Positions 57,266 through 64,000 of a DNA stretch of 64,000 bases are shown here, one piece after another (the stretch's first letter is position 1; every line of letters begins with the position of its first letter). The notes beneath the pieces are model-generated. The model searched no databases, was not told the origin of the DNA, and saw only the letters and a list, made by a program, of their open reading frames with translations. The position numbers and the translations under genes were made by a program. Where the stretch lies: the NCBI GenBank assembly GCA_964016885.1, contig OZ024748.1, positions 45,446,001-45,510,000 on the forward strand, written 5' to 3'. The DNA comes from Eledone cirrhosa (Eukaryota).

Positions 57266-60200
57266 ATCAATTGAGAGTTGGCTGTTTGAACGCGCGTGGC
57301 CTGGGCTCAGCTTGGAAGCAAGCAAAGCTACTAAGTGACCTCAGGTCACGAAGTATAGATGAGATGGTTGTTGGCGAGAGTCGGATCAGCAGCGTGCGAC
57401 AGCTGGCTCCCGCCTTCGATGACTTTGAGATGCACGCATCTCTCTGTCAACCCGGAGGCGGGGGGGGGGGGAGTTGCCGTACTGCTGGATAAACGTCTGG
57501 CTCTCGACGTACAGATTGTTCACTCGGACCCGGGGGGTCGATTACTGGTGCTGGACGTCGGAGGTGGTGAAGGCGGGGCTTTCAGACTGGTCGGTCTTTA
57601 TGCCCCCTTCGGGGCTGAATGACCCGACTTCTTCCAGCGTCTGGAGACTTTTCTAGGAACGTCGCGTTCCCTGCTTTTAGTGGGGGACTGGAATGGAATC
57701 CTAGATGCGCGTTGGGACTATGCAGGGGCATGTCCAGATAGAGGGGGGTGTAGCAGCCTCAAGGGGTTACTCGATCGATTCGACCTGGTCGATAGATTTC
57801 GACTAGATTGTCCAACTGCGCCAACCTGGACCTGGGCAAACCGCAGTGGACAATCTAGATCGTACCTAGATAGGTTTTTGGTTAGGAGTAAGGATAGGGA
57901 CGTATTTAGTTGTCCAGAATTGATCATGGTTGGCTATTCAGATCACAAATTAGTGACCTGCGTGGTCAACCTTGATAGAACGCATAGACAGGGTCCCGGT
58001 TACTGGAAGATGAACTTGTCCTTGCCGGCAAAGAAAGATTACAGGAACCGGATTAGTAGCTTAGTTAAGATGCGGTTGACGGGAGCGATTGTCAACAGTA
58101 GGTGGTGGGTATCTCTAAAGAGAGAGATTAGAGTAAGTTCGATAGGTTACAGTAAGGAACTAGCGGCGAATAGAAATAGGAAGGAAAGGGAGTTAACAGA
58201 TAAACTAGAAGAGGCGATTAGGAGCGGAGACGTAGCCAGAGTGTTAGCGGCGAGAACGGCGTTGAGCCAGTTCTTTGACGCGAAGCACGAAGGCTGCGTT
58301 GTCCGAAGTAAAATACGTGCTTTAGGAAACGAGGGGACCAAAGCTGTTAGCTGGGCCCGCGTGACAGAAGCCAAGAGTGGGATTAAATCCACCATTCGGT
58401 CTTTGTGAGACCAGGATGGACGGGTGATCCTTGAACCTGAGCGGATGTGCGAGGCCTTTCAAAGGCACTTTGCTCGACTGTTCGGAGGGGGCGGGGGGCC
58501 GGACGGGGTGTGGACTTCGGTCCATACTTTGACGGTCTACCGCGTCTTTCGAGCGGCGAAGCGGAGTGCTGCGAAAGGCCAATCACAGCCACTGAAATCG
58601 GGGAAGCGCTCAGCCAATGCAGCAGACGCAAATCTCCGGGTCTCGATGGTCTACCATACGAACTTTATTTAGCTATGCCGGTCTTGTTCTCCGAACTCCT
58701 CGAGGCTGTCTATTGCAACTGGCAACAGAACGGGAGAATTCCCTGTTCTGTGACCAAGGGCGTGGTCACGCTAGTGAGGAAGGACGAGAGCAAGGGGGAC
58801 GACTTAAGTAACTTTAGGCCCATAACTCTGCTGAATGCAGAGTTACAGATTTTGGCCAAGGTGTTGGCGAAGAGGTTGGCGCTTGTGGTGGGTGGTTTGG
58901 TGGGAGACGCGCAGACATGCGCTATCCCGTTCAGGTTCATTCACGACAACCTCCACCTCATGCAATACATCATAGAGAGGGTTGGCAACGAACCCGGCTT
59001 TGGTGGGGCCCTGATCAACTTGGATCAATCTAAGGCGTTCGATAGGGTCAACCATGGTTACCTGGATGCGGTGCTAGCGGCGGCGGGCTTCGGACCCGTT
59101 TTCAGGGGCTGGATTTCTGCCATGCACAGTGGCAACATCTACTCTAGGATTAAAGTAAACGGCTACCTCTCGGAGCCGTTTCAAATCACCCGGTCCATCA
59201 GACAGGGGTGCCCCCTCTCCTCCCTTCTGTACGTATTGACTCTCGAGCCACTGCTGCGGAAGTTGGAGTTGCTGCGGGGCATACCCCTGGAACCGGGATT
59301 GCACAAAGCGGTCTCGGCCTATGCCGACGACGTAACAGTAATGGTGGCGGACGCCTCGGAAATCGGGGCGATCGCCACCCTACGTGGAGGGGCAAACCGT
59401 GGAGGGGCAAACCGATGCCGTTAGACGTTGTCGTCGGGCGGTGGACGGAGGGCCCGGTGAAGCTGCTCGGGGTCTGGTTCGGACCGGACCTCCAGGTGGA
59501 GAAGAATTGGGGCGAGGTGACGAGCAGGGTATTTGCGCTGACCCAGAAGTGGGCCAAGTGCAAACTATCACTGAAAGGTCGGGCGGAGGTGACGAACGCT
59601 TACATAGCGTCCGTCATCTGCTACCGCCTGACCGTCGTGCCTTGCCCCAAGGAAAAGATCACCATCATGGAACGCATGCTCTTCCAGTTCCTCTGGAAGA
59701 AGCGGCCTCCCATGGTGAGGAGATCCATCTGCTGCCAGCACCCTTCGAAAGGAGGGCTGGGTATGCCGTGGCTGTTGATGCGTAGGCACGCATTGAGGCT
59801 ACGGCATCTACAGGTATTCCTCACCGGTCAGCCGGTGTGGGCCCCGTTTGTGAGGCGAGCTTTCCCACAGCTCGTCTCGCTCACCGAGCTGCAATCCTGG
59901 GTGAAGCAAAGACCGAGAAAACTGGGCAACTGGCACACTGAGTGTGCCCAGGCGCTCACGGCTATCTGCAAGCGGACCCGACTGTCAGTGGAGAATCCAC
60001 CTCGACATTCTATAGAGGGCTGGTGGCTAGCAGGGGCGACGACACCCTTGGAGAGTCGCTAGGCATGGAGGATGACGAACTGGCCAGCCTGTTCGGTAGA
60101 ACTTTCGGCCCGGGACCCATGGACAACTTCCAGAGGTCCCTAGCCTGGCAGTGTTACCGGGGGGGCTCTACCCGTTCGAGAAAAACTCTACAGACACGGG

Positions 60201-60647
60201 CGCCCGGGCAGGGATCCAGCGAAAAAGATCTGTCCCAGATGCGTGCGCGACGAGGAAACCGTTGCGCATGCACTGGTACACTGCCCGGGCGTTGCCGATC
60301 TGTGGGGCTACGTCGAACGACTGGTGTCGCGTGTGGTGCCGATTCGATTAACCGCCGAGTCTGTGGTGAACATCAAGCCGCCGCCTCCCTTCAGAAACGA
60401 AGCAGAGGCGGTCTTTCTGTGCGTAATAGCCATGATGAAAGAGGTTGTGTGGTGGACGCGCCTGAAAGGTCTGAGGTCGGGTGACTTTCTCTCCGGCCAT
60501 CACCTGGTTTACTTCTTCCGATACCACTTCGGAAGAAGGATCAGGATGGAGAGAGAAGTGCTTGGCCCCAGACAGTTTTATGAAAGGTGGGTGAAAGAAG
60601 CGAGAATGGCTCGTGTAAATGGGCCTTCTCTCTACATTGTTCTGTAG
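57262..60647 (+). pseudogene. Tx1 ORF2 (APE-RT-zf), multiple stops and frameshifts
   Basis: LNARGL, GDWN, SDHK, KAFDRV, QGCPLS, AYADD retained. Deletion plus 15-bp duplication at about 59383-59412. Confidence 0.92.
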
Positions 60648-61032
60648 GTGAAGAAGTGAAGAGGAAAGGGGGAGCGCCTCCTCTCTGGCTTCCCCCGCGA
60701 AAAGGGTTGCACACTTTTCGGGGGTATGTGTAATCCCGAACACGCCCCCTCCCTTTTGAGGACTTTTTATTATTATATTATTATTGTTATTCCTTTTTTC
60801 TTTACTCGATTTATGTAAACTCCCCCACTGTGTATTTGTCCCCTTCTTTTGTGCCCTCGTGGCAAATAAATAGAAATTTATCTATCTCTTTACGATGGAC
60901 ACATGTGCTGAGCTCGCTCGGTAAGTTTCGTTTAAATTTAACTGGAAATTGTGAACTGTAAACTTTCATTTTTGTACCATTTTGTAGAGGGACTGCCAGG
61001 TCAAATTTTGATCTGGTCAGTCTCTCAAAATA

Positions 61033-63085
61033 ACCACCCTACACCACACCACACCACACTACACTACATCACACCACACCACACTACACCACACCACACC
61101 AGATTATACCACACTACACCATACTATACTACACCATACTACACTACATCATACTATAGTACATCACACTACACTACACCACACTATACCACATCACACC
61201 ACACTACACCACACTACACTACACCACACTACACCACACTACACTACACTACACTACACCACACCACACCACACTATACTACACCACACTACACCACACT
61301 ACACTACACTACACCACACTACACCACACCACACTACACCAAACGACACTGCACTATATTACACTACACCACACTACATCACACTACACCACACTACACT
61401 GCACTACAGCACACTACACCACACTACACTAGAGCACACTACACCACACTAGACTACACCTCACTACACCACACAACACCACACTACAACATACCACACC
61501 TCATCATACCACACCACACTACACCACACTATACTACACCACACGACACCACACTACACCACACCACACTATACTACACTACACCACTCTACACTACACC
61601 ACTCTACACCACACTATACTACACCACACTACACCACACTACACCAAACCACCCTACACCACGCCACACTACACCACACTACACCACACTATACTATACC
61701 ACAGCATACCACAATACACCACACGACACCACACTACACCACACTACACTACACCACACCACACCACATTACACCAAACTATACTACACCACACAACATC
61801 ACACTACACCACACCACCCTATACCACACCACACTACACCACACCACACCACACTATACTATACCACACCACACTACACTACGCCACACTACACTACACT
61901 ACACAACATTACATCACACTACACCGCTCCACACTACACCACACCATACCACACCACACTACACCACACCACACTACACCACACTACACCACATTATACT
62001 ACACCACACCACACTACACTACACAACACTACACTACACCACACTACACCACACTACACTACACCACACCACACTACACCACACTACACCACACCACAGT
62101 ACACTACATCACAGTACACCACACCACACCACACCATACTACCCCACACCACACTATACAACACCACACTACACTACACTACACTACAAAACACACCACC
62201 ACACGACACCACACTACACCATACCACGCTACACTACACTAAACTACACCACACTACACTACACCACACTACACCACACTACACTACACTACAATACACT
62301 ACACTACACCACACTACACTATATTACACTACACTACACCACACTACACTACACCACACCACACTACACTACAATACACTACAGCACACTACACTACACT
62401 ACACCACACTACACTACACTACACCACACTACACTACACTACACCACACTGCACCACACTACACTACAATACACTACACTACACCACACTACACTACACA
62501 ACACCACACTACACTACAATACACTACACTACACCACACTACACTACACTACACCACACCACACCACACTACAATACAATACACTACACTACACCACACT
62601 ACACTACACTACACCACACTACACTACACTACACTACACAACACCACACTACAATACACTACACTACACCACACTACACTACACCACACTACACTACAAT
62701 ACACTACACTACACTACACTACACAACACCACACTACACCACACTACACTACACTACAATACACTACACTACACCACACTACACTACACTACACCACACT
62801 ACACAACACTACACTACACTACACTACACTACACTACACTACACTACACCACAATACACTACACTACACCACACTACACTACACAACACCACACTACACT
62901 ACAATACACTACACTACACCACACTACACTACACTACACTACACTACACCACACTACACCACACTACACCACACTACACCACACTACACTACACTACACT
63001 ACACTACACTACACTACACTACACTACACTACACTACACTACACCACACTACACTACACAACACCACACTACACCACACTACACT
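61033..63085. repeat. Pentanucleotide satellite (ACACC/ACACT)n
   Basis: About 2 kb. Fully explains the 726-aa H/Y/T ORF. Confidence 0.95.
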
Positions 63086-63840
63086 TGGAATAAAAGGACA
63101 TTACTGGACGGAGGGTGGGATTAAGGGTTGAAGGTGATTTTGGTGTGAAATTGAGCTGCAACGAGACATCATGCGAGAAGTGGGGTGGGGGTTAACGAGA
63201 AATGTGGGCGGGGCTTTGTAATTAATTAAGGACCAGCTGGATATTAGTAGACATCAGATGTAACTGGAGACTATGGGCGTGGTCTTGCTGTTAATTAAGG
63301 AGAGCAACTGATTACAAATCAATGGATGGGATGGGAATGTGCAAATTGATTTTACATGCATTTGTGAGAAATATGAAGAGGACAGTTATGTTGAAGTAGG
63401 ACACTGTTGTTTGTGTTGTTGTTGCTGTCGTTGTTGTTTAGATCCGGGTCAACCTAAGGTTAAGCAGATCTACAAGGTAAGGCATTCCAAATATGACCAT
63501 CACATGATGATTTCAGAGATGTCCAAGAATTCACAATCCAATCCACCCATACCATTTTAATGGCGAATATATGGTGTCTAAGACTTATGTTGCAGCAAGC
63601 TTTGAAACCATGGGTAGCATGCAGAGGATTTGAACATTTATTTACAATTATATCCTTTATATAGGAAAAGATTTATACTACGTTACATACAAAAACATAC
63701 ACAAGCACATAAACACACCGACATTTAAATATATACATGTACGTGGATATACATGTAATTCACCTCCATGTTTTTTTTTGCGTACCTTTCACTCGATTTT
63801 CTCGTTTATCTTTTTATTTGTCCCTTTATCTCTCATTCAC

Positions 63841-63950
63841 TCTTCTGAAAAAGGGCGAACCTCTGAAACGTTAAGAATATTTCCCTCCTGTATCAACAGT
63901 TAAACTAATATATATCTTCATTGTATTCTATCGTTCCTCTCTTTGTTTGC
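63841..63950 (+). ncRNA. Degenerate family B hammerhead plus PLE-like end
   Basis: tctt-CTGAAAA-agggcgaacctct-GAAACg TTA-aga then gttaaactaatatatat. Minus-strand relative at 48445-48492. Confidence 0.5.
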
Positions 63951-64000
63951 TTGTTTCATATTGATAAGCATTAGATTCAAATATTAATAATTATTTCATT

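Larger units (their letters stand above)
55218..60879 (+). mobile_element. Tx1/L1-clade retrotransposon, copy 3 (near full-length, inactive)
   Basis: Same architecture as copy 1. Ends ggcaaataaatagaaattt then atctatct. Confidence 0.93.

Noticed and set aside
60951-63131. 726-aa His/Tyr/Thr-rich ORF
   Set aside because: Translation of a pentamer satellite that rarely produces stops on this strand; non-ATG start and no domain.

Overview
Eukaryotic, AT-rich, microsatellite-saturated DNA with no recognisable host gene. Nearly all ORF-track entries before about 48.7 kb are simple-repeat translations. The tRNA-derived SINEs and repeat style suggest an octopod cephalopod (inference). Main content: (1) three same-orientation Tx1/L1-clade retrotransposons (two near full length but frameshifted, one 5'-truncated) stacked in one (TATC)n/(GATA)n microsatellite at 48.5-60.9 kb. 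(2) A Penelope-like element (PLE) on the minus strand with an RT fragment (38.1-39.3 kb) and a GIY-YIG endonuclease fragment missing from the ORF track (41.2-41.6 kb). (3) About 27 type I hammerhead ribozyme (HHR) motifs read by eye, from more than ten unrelated sequence families. They lie in short inverted or tandem islands between (TA)n tracts and include U3-A8 and U4C core variants and a 320-bp tandem retrozyme-like unit. (4) A near-identical 2.43-kb tandem duplication. (5) SINEs with target-site duplications (TSDs), a (TATG)n-associated RTE-derived element, RTE 3' ends, hAT and TcMar MITEs, and large simple satellites. All calls are manual; coordinates may be off by a few bases.
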